A stretch of 42,555 nt of DNA, taken from a virus. Taxonomy: Duplodnaviria > Caudoviricetes. The stretch covers positions 1-42,555 of the IMG/VR virus record IMGVR_UViG_3300012942_000018; one strand, written 5' to 3'. Numbering within the stretch: the first letter of the stretch is position 1; the number at the start of each line of letters is the position of its first letter. The notes beneath the pieces were generated by a model, which was not told where the DNA came from, did no database searches, and saw nothing but the letters and a program-made list of their open reading frames with translations. A program made the translations under genes and the position numbers. Shown here piece after piece: positions 26,956-36,633 of the stretch.

Positions 26956-27426
26956 TCATTGGTCGTATCCGTATTCTTGCGCCAGAAGATCAGCCTCGAT
27001 CTTCTGGTAAATCTCTTTCGCCCGGGTTATCGCTCCGCTATTGGTTGCGGCCCGGGACATGTAAGGGCGCTTCGGCTGTACGTGCGTAGGTCCGGGCGTA
27101 TCCCAGCGACCCCACAACGGATGCCTAAGCCCGAACTCGAACGGAGCAGCATTAGGAGCCGCGGTCCCGTCCGTCACCACCATTGCCTCTTGCTCACTAA
27201 AGGCCTGAACATCGGTAGCCGGGGGAATCCTGGTCGAGAAGCGAGCCGCAGACTTACGGGCCTGATCCCTGAAAATCTCAGCCGCCTTGATAACCGACTC
27301 CCGTGTACCGCCAGGCCCCGAAGGCGTCCAAGATGCCGGGGTCAGATAGACCCCGGACTTCTTAGTTGTCTTCGTTCGCCCCCGGCGCTTCCGCGACTTC
27401 TGGACTATGAACGGCTGATCCGGCAT
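26956..27426 (-). CDS. Head-tail / tail completion protein
   Basis: A.PFEFG.RHP.WG...Q..RPY motif; position in the tail module. Confidence 0.7.
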   Translation of the reverse strand: MPDQPFIVQKSRKRRGRTKTTKKSGVYLTPASWTPSGPGGTRESVIKAAEIFRDQARKSAARFSTRIPPATDVQAFSEQEAMVVTDGTAAPNAAPFEFGLRHPLWGRWDTPGPTHVQPKRPYMSRAATNSGAITRAKEIYQKIEADLLAQEYGYDQ

Positions 27427-28511
27427 TACGCTTCGTCAAGAGTCCAGTAAGTAGCCTGAATAGGGTTGTTCGTACCGTCATCAAGGCCGGTAAACGGGAC
27501 AGTCTGAGTCACGACCGCAGGACCGCTAACCTTCGGGGAGTCGCCCTCCACAAAGACCTGGGGAACCAGCAAGGTCAGACTTGAGTGATCCGACCCCGAA
27601 CCGATCGAAGGCCCCTGAAACACAAGCTCAAGGCACGTAGGCGTGTCAGCCGTGAAGGCGTAATACATCGCCTCGCTGTTCAGCCATTCGATAACGAACT
27701 GACCGGAGATCGCCCGGAAGTCGTTCTCAATCGGCTCAGCCTTAAAGCCGTTCGACCCCAGGAAATACCGGGCGTCATCGTACTTCATGGCGTACTTAAC
27801 CTGAGCGGACTTCACGTTCCCCAGAGGGGTGTTCCCGGTAACGCTGGTGATCCCCGCAGTCGTGGAGACCGTACCGCCTGAGTAAAGAGTCGCCTCGCGG
27901 AAGTGGAAGACGTTGTTACTCGCGGCCTCAGAGAAGGTCGCCAGGGCAGGCGCAGAGCCATTCAGCGGGTCTCCGTTAACCGAAGTACCCGAAAGCTCGT
28001 TACGACCGCTCCATGTGGTTGCCAGAGACGCGATAGCCCCGGTCTGAACGTTAATCGTCCAGTCCGTCATCTTCATACCCGTATAGGTAAAGGCGTTGGC
28101 CTCAGAGCCATCAACAGAAGGAACGCCCTTCTGGATGCACATACTGAAGCCCTTCATCGACCCTGGGGCGTGAGTAGCCGAGTAGGCTCCGGTAGTCGAG
28201 TCTTCAGTTAGTGTCGCGGCGGTCTGGCCGTGCGATCCGAACATCGCCCAGAGAAGTTGGTTCAGGTAGCGAGTCGGAAGGTCCATGTTGATTCCGCCCG
28301 AAGTGGCGTAGTTCGTCAGAACCCTTCGAGCGCCCCGGTCGTGAAGACCGCCCGCGTGCAAGCCCTTACCCTGAACAATGGTCTTCTTCAGCTCAAGAGT
28401 CTCAGAGTTAAATTCGTACGGCTGAGCGGTCGCAAGACTGGGCGCAGTCCCGTAAGTGGCTTCGGGGAGCATAACGATTTGCGCCCCGATACCGGAGTTG
28501 ATGAATACCAC
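27426..28511 (-). CDS. Major tail tube protein
   Basis: SGIG.Q....E.TYGT start; 361 aa; position. Confidence 0.85.
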   Translation of the reverse strand: MVFINSGIGAQIVMLPEATYGTAPSLATAQPYEFNSETLELKKTIVQGKGLHAGGLHDRGARRVLTNYATSGGINMDLPTRYLNQLLWAMFGSHGQTAATLTEDSTTGAYSATHAPGSMKGFSMCIQKGVPSVDGSEANAFTYTGMKMTDWTINVQTGAIASLATTWSGRNELSGTSVNGDPLNGSAPALATFSEAASNNVFHFREATLYSGGTVSTTAGITSVTGNTPLGNVKSAQVKYAMKYDDARYFLGSNGFKAEPIENDFRAISGQFVIEWLNSEAMYYAFTADTPTCLELVFQGPSIGSGSDHSSLTLLVPQVFVEGDSPKVSGPAVVTQTVPFTGLDDGTNNPIQATYWTLDEA

Positions 28512-28524
28512 TGTTCGTGGTCTC

Positions 28525-28983
28525 CTAAGTCAGTGAAGTTACCCGCTGCTGGCAACGGATTGCGAAATCAAGGGTTGTGGCCGACTGGCCGTTAACGTCC
28601 GTCTCAGGTGTGATCTGAAAGTTCCCGACCTCTGCGAACCGAACGGACCCGTTAAGCGTCGGGTTATTGCCGATCGCAAGCGCAATGAGCGTAAAGTTCG
28701 CCATTAGCAACTGAAGTTGACCCGCGAAGTCAGGAACCCCGCCGTTGTAAGCAATCAGCGAACAGATAAGGGAAAAGGTCTCTTCACGCCGGAAGCTAGG
28801 GCCGATCTCCGCAACGGTCTGGTCGCCTGTAATCTCGGAGATCATGAACGTAAGCGGGGCCGAGTAAGCCCCCAGCTCTGAGCCGTAATAGATCGTGGAC
28901 TCTGAGGGGAGAGCGCCCTCAGCGATCGACATTGCGGCAACCAGAGCCCCGGGGATCGAAGAGCCGGAAGGCAGGTTAACCAA
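28525..28983 (-). CDS. Tail terminator-like protein
   Basis: NPTL.G.V motif; synteny. Confidence 0.65.
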   Translation of the reverse strand: MVNLPSGSSIPGALVAAMSIAEGALPSESTIYYGSELGAYSAPLTFMISEITGDQTVAEIGPSFRREETFSLICSLIAYNGGVPDFAGQLQLLMANFTLIALAIGNNPTLNGSVRFAEVGNFQITPETDVNGQSATTLDFAIRCQQRVTSLT

Positions 28984-29626
28984 TGATCGGTCGCCGCCTC
29001 TCAGGCTTCAGAAGCTCAATAATCTCTTCGGGAACCCCGAGGTTTATCGACGTGTTGCCGGTCGAGCGCGTGAAGTCCTGATTAAGCGCGTTAGGCTGGA
29101 AAGCCCCTCCGGGCTGATTAGCCGTACGGAGCTGAGACACGCGGTACCAGTGAGCCGTAAGCTCACAGAACGCCAGGACCGCATTTTCAGGAACCTCCTC
29201 GCGCCCCGCGACGTAATCAACCCGTATGTTGTCCCGGCCCGGAGTGAACGGGACTAGAACGTTCCCCTGAGACCTCCGGGTTACAAGACCCTCTTCGGGC
29301 TGGTCGAGCGAATACGCCCACATACTCAGCGCAGGGATCGAGTTAACTTCTTGATCGTCTAGTTCCCAGTCGTAGTAACCCCAGCCCTCTTCAACGTTCT
29401 GAACGTAAAGGACCGGAAGTTCTCTGAGCCAGACTTCGCAATGCCCGCCGTTATGCCGCTCAGCCCTGATCGTCTTAGAGACGATATGACCTAGCTCGCG
29501 CTCGATAACCTTCTGAGCCGCGGGCATGAATACGGTTTGAAGAATCGTGTCATCGCCCGTGTTACCAGTCGGAATCCGAAGGTAAGTCTTGACCTGGGCG
29601 AGTGACGCAATAGCTGTGATCGCCAC
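28976..29626 (-). CDS. Head-to-tail adaptor
   Basis: SL..VK.YL......DD..L; V.Y.AG...VP....A..EL..HWY. Confidence 0.85.
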   Translation of the reverse strand: MAITAIASLAQVKTYLRIPTGNTGDDTILQTVFMPAAQKVIERELGHIVSKTIRAERHNGGHCEVWLRELPVLYVQNVEEGWGYYDWELDDQEVNSIPALSMWAYSLDQPEEGLVTRRSQGNVLVPFTPGRDNIRVDYVAGREEVPENAVLAFCELTAHWYRVSQLRTANQPGGAFQPNALNQDFTRSTGNTSINLGVPEEIIELLKPERRRPIIG

Positions 29627-29655
29627 TTAAGGACGCTCCTTCCGAATCCGGAAGA

Positions 29656-29687
29656 GCCCCCGGGGTCGAGGCGATAACCCCGGGGGC
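29656..29687 (-). terminator. Hairpin after the capsid genes
   Basis: 11-bp stem GCCCCCGGGGT/ACCCCGGGGGC. Confidence 0.6.
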
Positions 29688-29706
29688 CGTAAATCCGGAG
29701 GAGATA

Positions 29707-29985
29707 TCAGGCCGCAGGCTCGACAACTACGCACGCGGAGGCCGCAATAGCCCCGGATGCGTAAAGCGACTGTCCAGACGAAAGCCTGAAGCTAACGGGA
29801 GTATCGTTCAGGCGAACGAAAGGCCCGGTAGCAACCTCAGAGCCAGCGCCCGTAACGTCCGCCGAAGTGCTTCCGTAATACAGGGCAGGAGCCCCATAGA
29901 CGGTGACGGTAAAGTCGCCATCGACCGGCCCGGCCAGAAGAACAGAAGAACTGTCGCCAGGAACGGCAATGGTCGCAAAGCTCAC
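29707..29985 (-). CDS. Small virion protein (possible capsid decoration)
   Basis: Coupled to the capsid gene; beta-rich. Confidence 0.65.
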   Translation of the reverse strand: MSFATIAVPGDSSSVLLAGPVDGDFTVTVYGAPALYYGSTSADVTGAGSEVATGPFVRLNDTPVSFRLSSGQSLYASGAIAASACVVVEPAA

Positions 29986-31250
29986 GAAGTGCTCGGCTTA
30001 ACAGTCACAGCGGCCCGCAGGTCATTCGCCCGAATGTCCCAGCGCGTGTAACCAATGAAACCGATCTGAAGACTGTCGGCGTAACGCTCGTTCAGCCGCA
30101 GAACGCCCGACTGGGTAACGACACGCTTAACCATCGCGGTCTGAAGGTGACCGAAGACCGGACCCCCAGCGGTCGAGGCCGTCAGGTTCGGAATGTTCTG
30201 GTCGATCTCAATCGGGTAGTCGTAAAGCAGAGTCCCCGGCCCCTGAGAAAGACCGTCCTGAAGGTTGATCAGCGGACGGCCGTTCTTGTCAACCTGACCC
30301 CGCAGGTTCATAAGCTGGTTATCGGAGAAGTACCACTTCGCGCCCATCCGACGGTAAGCCGGGTCAACAGCCGCAATCATCGCTAGAAGCGTGGTTGGGT
30401 TAAGCGTGTTCGAAGCAAGCTCCGTAGTAGCGCCAGCAGAGTTGTTCACAACCCCAGCGGTCGCCAGGGTCACAAAGCCGCCAGTGCCCGCAATCGTGCC
30501 GCCAGCAGTACCGGCAGACCCCTTAGCCCCCAGGGCCGGAACGATCCCCAGCGGCTGAGACGAACCAGTCCCTGAAATGGCGTACTGCGCCTGGGCGCGA
30601 CCGTGGGCCTCGCCGATCCGCGCCAGAACGAACGCATCCACGTCAAACGCAGAGTCGTTCGCAAGCTGGAAGCTGACCTTCTGAGCGCCGTTGGTGAACA
30701 TGTAAGCGCCCAAGGTGCCCTGACCGAACGTGTAGTCCACGTCCGAAACCTGAGTGTTCTCAGAGATAATGGTCGCGACAGTCGAGGTCGGGTCGGTGGT
30801 CGCCCAGTTCATCGGCTGACCAGACTCAGTAGTGATCGTCTCAAAGTCGTTCGCAGTGCCACCAAAGGCCTTCATGGCAACCTGAAGACGCTGCCACCAG
30901 CCCGGGGGAACCAGGTAGCCACCGGCCGAGTTAGTCGCCTCGCCCGCAGCCCGCAGCTCCGGAGTAGCAATACCGCGCTTCAGGTACTGGGAGAAGTCAC
31001 GCTCACGGGCCTCAGCGGCATCCGGGCCGCTAGTCGTCGAGGGGGCGACCGCAGCGCTCAGCGCACGGGCCTCTTCATAGGTCCGAAGCTCCGCCTCGAT
31101 CTCGGAAATCCGCTTGTTGCGGTTGTCGAGGTCGGTACGCTCCTCAACAGTCAGACGCTGACCAGCGCCCAGCTTGTCAAGGTGAGCCTTCATGCCCTCA
31201 CGGGCGTTCATGCGCTCCTGCTTAAGCTCACGCTCAGCGGGGAATTCCAT
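29982..31250 (-). CDS. Major capsid protein (HK97 fold)
   Basis: Coiled-coil delta domain, AGGYLVP, S.QLANDS, D.NGRP; GGAG RBS supports ATG 31250. Confidence 0.95.
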   Translation of the reverse strand: MEFPAERELKQERMNAREGMKAHLDKLGAGQRLTVEERTDLDNRNKRISEIEAELRTYEEARALSAAVAPSTTSGPDAAEARERDFSQYLKRGIATPELRAAGEATNSAGGYLVPPGWWQRLQVAMKAFGGTANDFETITTESGQPMNWATTDPTSTVATIISENTQVSDVDYTFGQGTLGAYMFTNGAQKVSFQLANDSAFDVDAFVLARIGEAHGRAQAQYAISGTGSSQPLGIVPALGAKGSAGTAGGTIAGTGGFVTLATAGVVNNSAGATTELASNTLNPTTLLAMIAAVDPAYRRMGAKWYFSDNQLMNLRGQVDKNGRPLINLQDGLSQGPGTLLYDYPIEIDQNIPNLTASTAGGPVFGHLQTAMVKRVVTQSGVLRLNERYADSLQIGFIGYTRWDIRANDLRAAVTVKPSTS

Positions 31251-31305
31251 TAATTTTCTCCATGCGGAAACGGCCGGACGTTTCGCCCGGCTTAAAGGAA
31301 ATGGG

Positions 31306-32532
31306 TTACTTCTCGTCCCAGGCCCGGGACAGATATTCCCTAAGGGTCTCTGGGTCAATTTCCGGAGTGGCGTCAACCGGCTCCGCACGCTCGGAATCGT
31401 CCGAGTCGTTTACGTCTTCGTCGCCTTCAGGCAATGCATCCTGAAGGGCTTTAATCGCGCCTTCGTCATCCCCGGCCTGAATACGCACGATCGCCAGGCG
31501 CATAGCCGCCCATTCGATACCGTCCGGGTCATCACGGAGTTCTGTACGCCATTCAAGCGCCAGAGCCGCGGAGTTCTCTTCAGAGATCGTGACCCCGAAC
31601 TTCTTAAGGGCCGCCTCGATCTTCGCCTTAACGCTGCTGAGCGTCACGCCGTTAAGCGGGTACTCGTCCGCGTTCTTCGGCATGTTGATATACGCCCAGG
31701 CGGCCTTAGCGTGCTTCTCAGTGTCAACCGGGTACTTGCCGTTCTTCGGGTCCGCGTACTCAACATCGCCATAGGGCTTAGGAGCCGCCTTGCGCTCTTC
31801 AACGCAAACATGCGCGTCACGCGAAGAGTCATCAAGCTCAGAGCCGCACGAAGTACAGAAAGCCCCAGAGGGCTTCGAGGACGCCATAGGCTTTCCGCAA
31901 CCTGAGCAGTAGGCGCCATACTCGCCCGTAGAGCCGCATTCGCCGCAAGTCTCTAGGTCTTGATAGGTCGCCTTCGCCGCACGCTCTGAGCGGCCTCTAC
32001 GGGCCGCAGAGACCGTATCCCGGGCGCTCAGCTCAGAAGTCGGATAGGCGGGAAAGGCCGTAGTAGTCACTTCATGGAGCCTGACTTCGTTAATAGTGCG
32101 CTGAGTACCGCGCTGAGCATCCGAAGGGTTGCCGTTGTCATCGGTCCACGTGTCGCTAATGACCTCAAACCCGAAAGACATCCCGCGAATAACGCCCGCC
32201 TTCGCGCAAGCCAGAACGTCCCGGGCGTACGAAGTGTCAACAGGCTCCGCGAAAGCCCGCAAGCCCGCAGACGCATCCGGAGTCAGAGTCAGACTTCCGG
32301 GGCCTTCAGAGATCGAGGTCCGCGCCATAGGCATAGCCGGGTTATGACTGTGAATCAGAACCGCATCCCGTTCCTGAAGCGTCTTCGTAAACGCCCCAGT
32401 CCCTACACGCTCTTTAAAGCCTCCGCGCTTCACGTCCCCGATAGTCGTCCAAGTCATAAAGGGCGTAACCAGACCCGTGAGAGTCTTGCCGTCCCCCTCG
32501 ACCCCGCCCAGGGCTTCGCGGTATTCAATCAC
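31306..32532 (-). CDS. HK97 prohead protease with zinc-ribbon and extra C-terminal domain
   Basis: F.ER...GAF, GMSFGF, EVT...FPAY; then three CxxC pairs and PYGDV.YADP...KYPVD..H..AAW.YIN. Confidence 0.9.
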   Translation of the reverse strand: MIEYREALGGVEGDGKTLTGLVTPFMTWTTIGDVKRGGFKERVGTGAFTKTLQERDAVLIHSHNPAMPMARTSISEGPGSLTLTPDASAGLRAFAEPVDTSYARDVLACAKAGVIRGMSFGFEVISDTWTDDNGNPSDAQRGTQRTINEVRLHEVTTTAFPAYPTSELSARDTVSAARRGRSERAAKATYQDLETCGECGSTGEYGAYCSGCGKPMASSKPSGAFCTSCGSELDDSSRDAHVCVEERKAAPKPYGDVEYADPKNGKYPVDTEKHAKAAWAYINMPKNADEYPLNGVTLSSVKAKIEAALKKFGVTISEENSAALALEWRTELRDDPDGIEWAAMRLAIVRIQAGDDEGAIKALQDALPEGDEDVNDSDDSERAEPVDATPEIDPETLREYLSRAWDEK

Positions 32533-33854
32533 TTCTGGTTATCCTTAGGGTCTTTCGGATTCACGGGCGCACTGACGTTATTCCCGTTCGGGTTTGGAGG
32601 CGTATTCATCGGGCCGTCAGCAAGAGCGCCATTCATCGACGTAACCGCTAGGTATTCGTCGCCCCCAGGCCGCGGCTTCATCCGCTCCTTCTTGCGAACC
32701 TCATTCGGGTTCATCCACGACCAGCCAATAGCCTGACCGTAAGCCTGATAACGCTCAAGAGTCGATCCACGCAAAAGCCGGTCAAGATCAAACTCAAGAG
32801 TCTTGCCGCGCACGCCGTACTGACGCCAAAGCCTTTGCTCGATCCGGTCGGTATAGTCCCGGATCGTGTACGTAACAAAGCCGCTATCCTGTTGCTCAAT
32901 ACCAGTGCCCCACGTAGAAGTCGGGGCGACCATATGCGCGGGAACACCAAATATCTTCGCGATCTCCCACGCTTGCCACTGACGGGACTCAAGGAACTGA
33001 AGCGCTTCAGGGTCAATCGTGATCGGCTGAAAGTCCGTCTCAGCGTCGAGGACCGCAACGTCCCCAGCGTTCCGAACCCCAGAGTGCGAGTTGCGCCATG
33101 ACATCTTGATCGCATCCGCTTGGCTCTGGTTAGCCAGCGGAGCCTTAACCTTGACGATTCCGCCAAGCTGCTGACCCCGGCTGTAAAACCGGGCCGCCAG
33201 GCGATCCGCCGCAAGAGCCGTCCCGAACGTCTGGGCCGCCTGAATAATGGGCGACACGCCCTGAAGTCCGTCGAACCCAAACCCGGGGATATGAAAGATT
33301 GGGCAGTCCGGACCGTCCGGGTAGTCCGTGTAAGTACCTACCGGAGTGCCGCCGCTAGAAGGTGCAAGCGCCAAGGTTCCATCGTCGTTACGGTTCTTAA
33401 CCCTGTAAGTCTTGACGCCCTTAACCCTCACGACCTTTACGTCCCCGCCTGGGTACGGCAAAAGGTCGATCAGCCGCCCGTTCTGGCGGACCTCGCGGCC
33501 GAAGAAGTTCCCCCAGCCCGCGAGCCGCCCCGCGATCATCTCTTTGATCTCGAAGGCCGTATAGCTCAGAAGGTTGTCAAGACCCGCCCACGTCTCAGAG
33601 TCCCCATCCTTCTGAAGCTCTTCGATCGGCAAGCCCGCAACAGTCGTAGCGATGTAACGCACACAGCGGTAAGCGGTCGGGATGGCGCCAATCCCGGTAA
33701 CCGGGTCAACTGATTCGCCCGAATCGTTATTCTGACCGTTGCCTAGTACGCCGTCGAGCGCCAGAGACGAAAGCGGCATACTGGGTTTTTCGAAGGGGGC
33801 GTAAGTCGGATCTCCGTAGAAGCTACGGGATTCATCACGCCGGAAGAACGTCAC
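32529..33854 (-). CDS. Portal protein (HK97 family)
   Basis: GN, G.SPI, QFLESR....EIA.IFGVP, NEVR..E..P. Confidence 0.95.
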   Translation of the reverse strand: MTFFRRDESRSFYGDPTYAPFEKPSMPLSSLALDGVLGNGQNNDSGESVDPVTGIGAIPTAYRCVRYIATTVAGLPIEELQKDGDSETWAGLDNLLSYTAFEIKEMIAGRLAGWGNFFGREVRQNGRLIDLLPYPGGDVKVVRVKGVKTYRVKNRNDDGTLALAPSSGGTPVGTYTDYPDGPDCPIFHIPGFGFDGLQGVSPIIQAAQTFGTALAADRLAARFYSRGQQLGGIVKVKAPLANQSQADAIKMSWRNSHSGVRNAGDVAVLDAETDFQPITIDPEALQFLESRQWQAWEIAKIFGVPAHMVAPTSTWGTGIEQQDSGFVTYTIRDYTDRIEQRLWRQYGVRGKTLEFDLDRLLRGSTLERYQAYGQAIGWSWMNPNEVRKKERMKPRPGGDEYLAVTSMNGALADGPMNTPPNPNGNNVSAPVNPKDPKDNQK

Positions 33855-34141
33855 CGGACTTCAAGGGCCAGAAAGACCACAATTCCCCCGAAAATCCACG
33901 CCGCAGGCGGGTAAACCATCGAAATTCCATGCAAAACCGCGAGAAACGCAAGGATCTGATAGCCCGTACGGCGCTTACCAGACGAAGCGAATAGACTCAA
34001 CAGGAACGCCACGGAAGAAACCAGCCGTGTCCTGAGTGAGCCAGAAGGCCGCACGGTCAACGGCCATGAGTGACGCAATAGCGAGGTCAATCTTTCGCGC
34101 TGAGTTGCGAGCATCCTTGACAAGTCGCGATCCTCTTTCAT
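33851..34141 (-). CDS. Small membrane protein between terminase and portal (true start probably further downstream)
   Basis: G..M.YPPAAWI.GG hydrophobic tail; ATGA coupling to portal. Confidence 0.55.
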   Translation of the reverse strand: MKEDRDLSRMLATQRERLTSLLRHSWPLTVRPSGSLRTRLVSSVAFLLSLFASSGKRRTGYQILAFLAVLHGISMVYPPAAWIFGGIVVFLALEVR

Positions 34142-35537
34142 CGGTCTTAATCTGAGCGTTGCCCAGATGCCGGGCTAGGCGAGGGTCGCCTTCGTGTCGG
34201 ATCTTCTGGGTTTGGATAAGCTCATACATGCGCTGAGTAGCAGGCCCCATGCGCGAAGGCGTTTGCGGGTAAGCAACGAACAGCTCTTCGCCGTCACGCC
34301 GCTTAATCTCTTCCGACAGCTCATCGAAAGCGTCTTGCCAGAGATATTCGTCATAAGCGACTTCAACAACGTTCATTTCCGCGCAAGCCTTGCGGATAGC
34401 GTCTTTGACTTCGCCCCTGGGGACTTTCCAGTCCAAAGACTTATCGGCCGGGCGTTCCCAAAGCCCTAGAACCCTGACCTTCGGTTCATGCTCAATGGTG
34501 CAAGCAACCAAAGCGGTATTGTCGCCCGACCTCGACCCGTCGAACCCCAGGACTACGCCCTTAGCAGGAACAACCCAATCGCCCTCAGCGAGAGTCGCGC
34601 ACTTATCCCACCAACCATCGGGAAGCCAGGCCTTAGACGAGTCAACCCACATATTGAGACGCTTCGTCTTGAAGTCATTCAGCGTCCCCTTAGCGATCGA
34701 CTGTTTGAAGTTAGCCTCGAAGTCTTCAGGGTCGAGAAGGTCCGCATACCCTGGGTTCGCTTTCTCCCACGTCGCGGGGGATGAAGGGTCATCGCCTTCC
34801 GCGGCTCCCCACCACGCCATAAAGAACGAAGGATCGTCCTCCACGCCCCGGGCAACATCAACCCCGTACTTGTAAAGCCGGTAACAGATCGATTCGTTTC
34901 CGGTCGAGTCGGTTTTGACGCCCGCAGTCGTGATCATGATCATGAGCGGATCGACACGCGCGCCGAAAGCGTTAGACATCACGTCGTAAAGCTCATCGTT
35001 CGGCTGAGCGTGAAGCTCATCGAACAAGACCGCTGAAGGGTTCAGGCCTTCTTTCGTGAAGGCCTCAGACGACAACGCCCGGTAGATCGAGCCAGTCTCA
35101 GGAACCTCTAGAACGTCACGGAACGGCTTGATGATCTTCGAAAGCGCAGGGTCCATCTCGACCATACGCTTAGCGACCCCGAAGACAATCTTGGCTTGCT
35201 CTTTGTCCGCAGCGCAGCTATAGACCTCTGCGCCATCACCCGCCCAAAGCAGACCGTAAAGGCCGTGGCCCGACCCAATCGCGCTCTTACCGTTCTTCCG
35301 GGGGAGCCCAATGAGAGCACGACGATGTCTCCTGCGTCCATCTTCCCTCCGGGCATACAGCATCGCGTTAAGGTTCACTTGCCACGGGCGAAGCTGAATC
35401 AGATCGCCCGAACGCCCGCCTAGCGATTGCTTCGTAATCCGGCAACGCTCTTCGAAGAACTTCCGGACTGTAGGGCCTTCCCCTCTCAGTACATCCGCCT
35501 TCGGGGGCGTAGTGATGTAAAGGGGCGGGGAAGCCAT
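33975..35537 (-). CDS. terL: Terminase large subunit
   Basis: PWQ, PRKNGKS, FDELH, ITTAG, ANP, GFDGS..GD, KID...A..MA. Confidence 0.97.
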   Translation of the reverse strand: MASPPLYITTPPKADVLRGEGPTVRKFFEERCRITKQSLGGRSGDLIQLRPWQVNLNAMLYARREDGRRRHRRALIGLPRKNGKSAIGSGHGLYGLLWAGDGAEVYSCAADKEQAKIVFGVAKRMVEMDPALSKIIKPFRDVLEVPETGSIYRALSSEAFTKEGLNPSAVLFDELHAQPNDELYDVMSNAFGARVDPLMIMITTAGVKTDSTGNESICYRLYKYGVDVARGVEDDPSFFMAWWGAAEGDDPSSPATWEKANPGYADLLDPEDFEANFKQSIAKGTLNDFKTKRLNMWVDSSKAWLPDGWWDKCATLAEGDWVVPAKGVVLGFDGSRSGDNTALVACTIEHEPKVRVLGLWERPADKSLDWKVPRGEVKDAIRKACAEMNVVEVAYDEYLWQDAFDELSEEIKRRDGEELFVAYPQTPSRMGPATQRMYELIQTQKIRHEGDPRLARHLGNAQIKTDERGSRLVKDARNSARKIDLAIASLMAVDRAAFWLTQDTAGFFRGVPVESIRFVW

Positions 35538-35557
35538 GAAGTTATCGCCTCGATGGG

Positions 35558-35586
35558 TTGCGTAGGTTACCTAGACCGGGTAATGT
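35558..35586 (+). promoter_or_regulatory. Promoter TTGCGT-17-TAATGT with operator GTAGGTTACCTAG
   Basis: Same architecture as 12415-12443. Confidence 0.7.
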
Positions 35587-35705
35587 TGTCTTTGTCGGCA
35601 GGGAAAGAGCTAAGGAGTCAAGGTGGAAGGCGTACTCAAAGTGGGCAGCAACCGGGCGACGGGGCCCAGCCAGTATCGCGCCCGAGGGTGACACCCCCTC
35701 CTGCT

Positions 35706-35749
35706 AAGTTGTCTTAATCCTTGACAACTTTCACGCCCGGCTATAACTT
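35706..35749 (+). promoter_or_regulatory. Promoter TTGACA-17-TAACTT with inverted repeat AAGTTGTC/GACAACTT
   Basis: Consensus -35 overlapped by a dyad; AGGAG RBS follows. Confidence 0.75.
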
Positions 35750-35784
35750 GTCTATAACGAAGACGACTTATTTAGGAGAGCGGC

Positions 35785-36192
35785 ATGACCGCCGTGACCA
35801 CGGGGCAGCAACTCACCGCGGACATGTCGATCCTGATCGGCAGGTGCACCGTGTGCGGTCAGGCGTTCCGCGCGGAGCTCCTACCGGACCAGCCCGTGAC
35901 CGCGGGCTACGAGAAGTGGGCCGCCCGGGCGGCCGGCTACCCGATCCATCACGACTGCCGCCGCGATGTCCGCTGCCCCGAGGACGAGTCCGGGTGGCCC
36001 GCTTGTGGCGACTGCTGGTGCGAAGGCCACGAGCACACCGAGATCAAGTACAAGGCGCTGAAGATCACCTACAACCCCGGGGCCATCTGCGGGCCGGGGA
36101 ACTGCTGGGATGCTAAGGGCCGTGCCTGCACGTGCTCATGCAAGGGCGCGAACCACGGCCGGATGTACGAAATCACGAGGACCATCGAGTGA
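35785..36192 (+). CDS. Cys-rich hypothetical protein (moron)
   Basis: C..A.G..C.CSC.GANHG; strongly G/C-ending codons. Confidence 0.8.
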   Translation: MTAVTTGQQLTADMSILIGRCTVCGQAFRAELLPDQPVTAGYEKWAARAAGYPIHHDCRRDVRCPEDESGWPACGDCWCEGHEHTEIKYKALKITYNPGAICGPGNCWDAKGRACTCSCKGANHGRMYEITRTIE

Positions 36193-36461
36193 TGGGAGAG
36201 GCCAGGTTGGCCGAGGCAACGACGGCCGCCCGGCGCTGGTAGCGGGGCCGGGCGGCCGTCGCGGCGATGCTCGGGATCAGCGCCGACCGGCTCGCGCACG
36301 AGATGGGCCGCCACCCGCACGGCATCCCTGAGCCCGACGCCTACGCCGAAGGCGCAGGCGCAGGCGGCAAGGTCGAGTCGCTGTGGCTGCCCCGGCCGGC
36401 CGAGTGGCGCGCATGGCGGGCATCGTTCCCGGGCCGGACCGGCCGCCCGCGCAAAGCCTAG
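36192..36461 (+). pseudogene. Small HTH DNA-binding gene with an in-frame TAG at 36240-36242
   Basis: TGATG-coupled ATG in frame with GRAAVAAMLGIS...PEPDA...WLP...W....PGR.GRPRK. Confidence 0.65.
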
Positions 36462-36531
36462 ACGCCTGCCGGCTGATCAGCCTGATGGTGTAACCAACCT
36501 CATGAGATGGCACAACTAGCACCAAGACCGC

Positions 36532-36558
36532 AAGCCCCCGGAGACCCCGGGGGCTTTT
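36532..36558 (+). terminator. Intrinsic terminator
   Basis: AAGCCCCCGG/CCGGGGGCTT stem plus Ts. Confidence 0.8.
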
Positions 36559-36570
36559 GCGTCTCTGCGG

Positions 36571-36599
36571 TTGCCTAGGTCACCTAGGTCCGCTAGTCT
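36571..36599 (+). promoter_or_regulatory. Promoter TTGCCT-17-TAGTCT with operator CCTAGGTCACCTAGG
   Basis: Perfect palindrome at 36574-36588; exact spacing. Confidence 0.8.
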
Positions 36600-36633
36600 G
36601 AGCGCCGCTCACCAACCGACCCAAGGGGGAACC

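Noticed and set aside
31251-31388. N-terminal extension of the capsid ORF
   Set aside because: Overlaps the protease gene; the RBS supports ATG 31250.
15000-35500. Many + strand ORFs across the structural arm
   Set aside because: Antisense shadows of high-GC genes, with no RBS or recognisable motifs.
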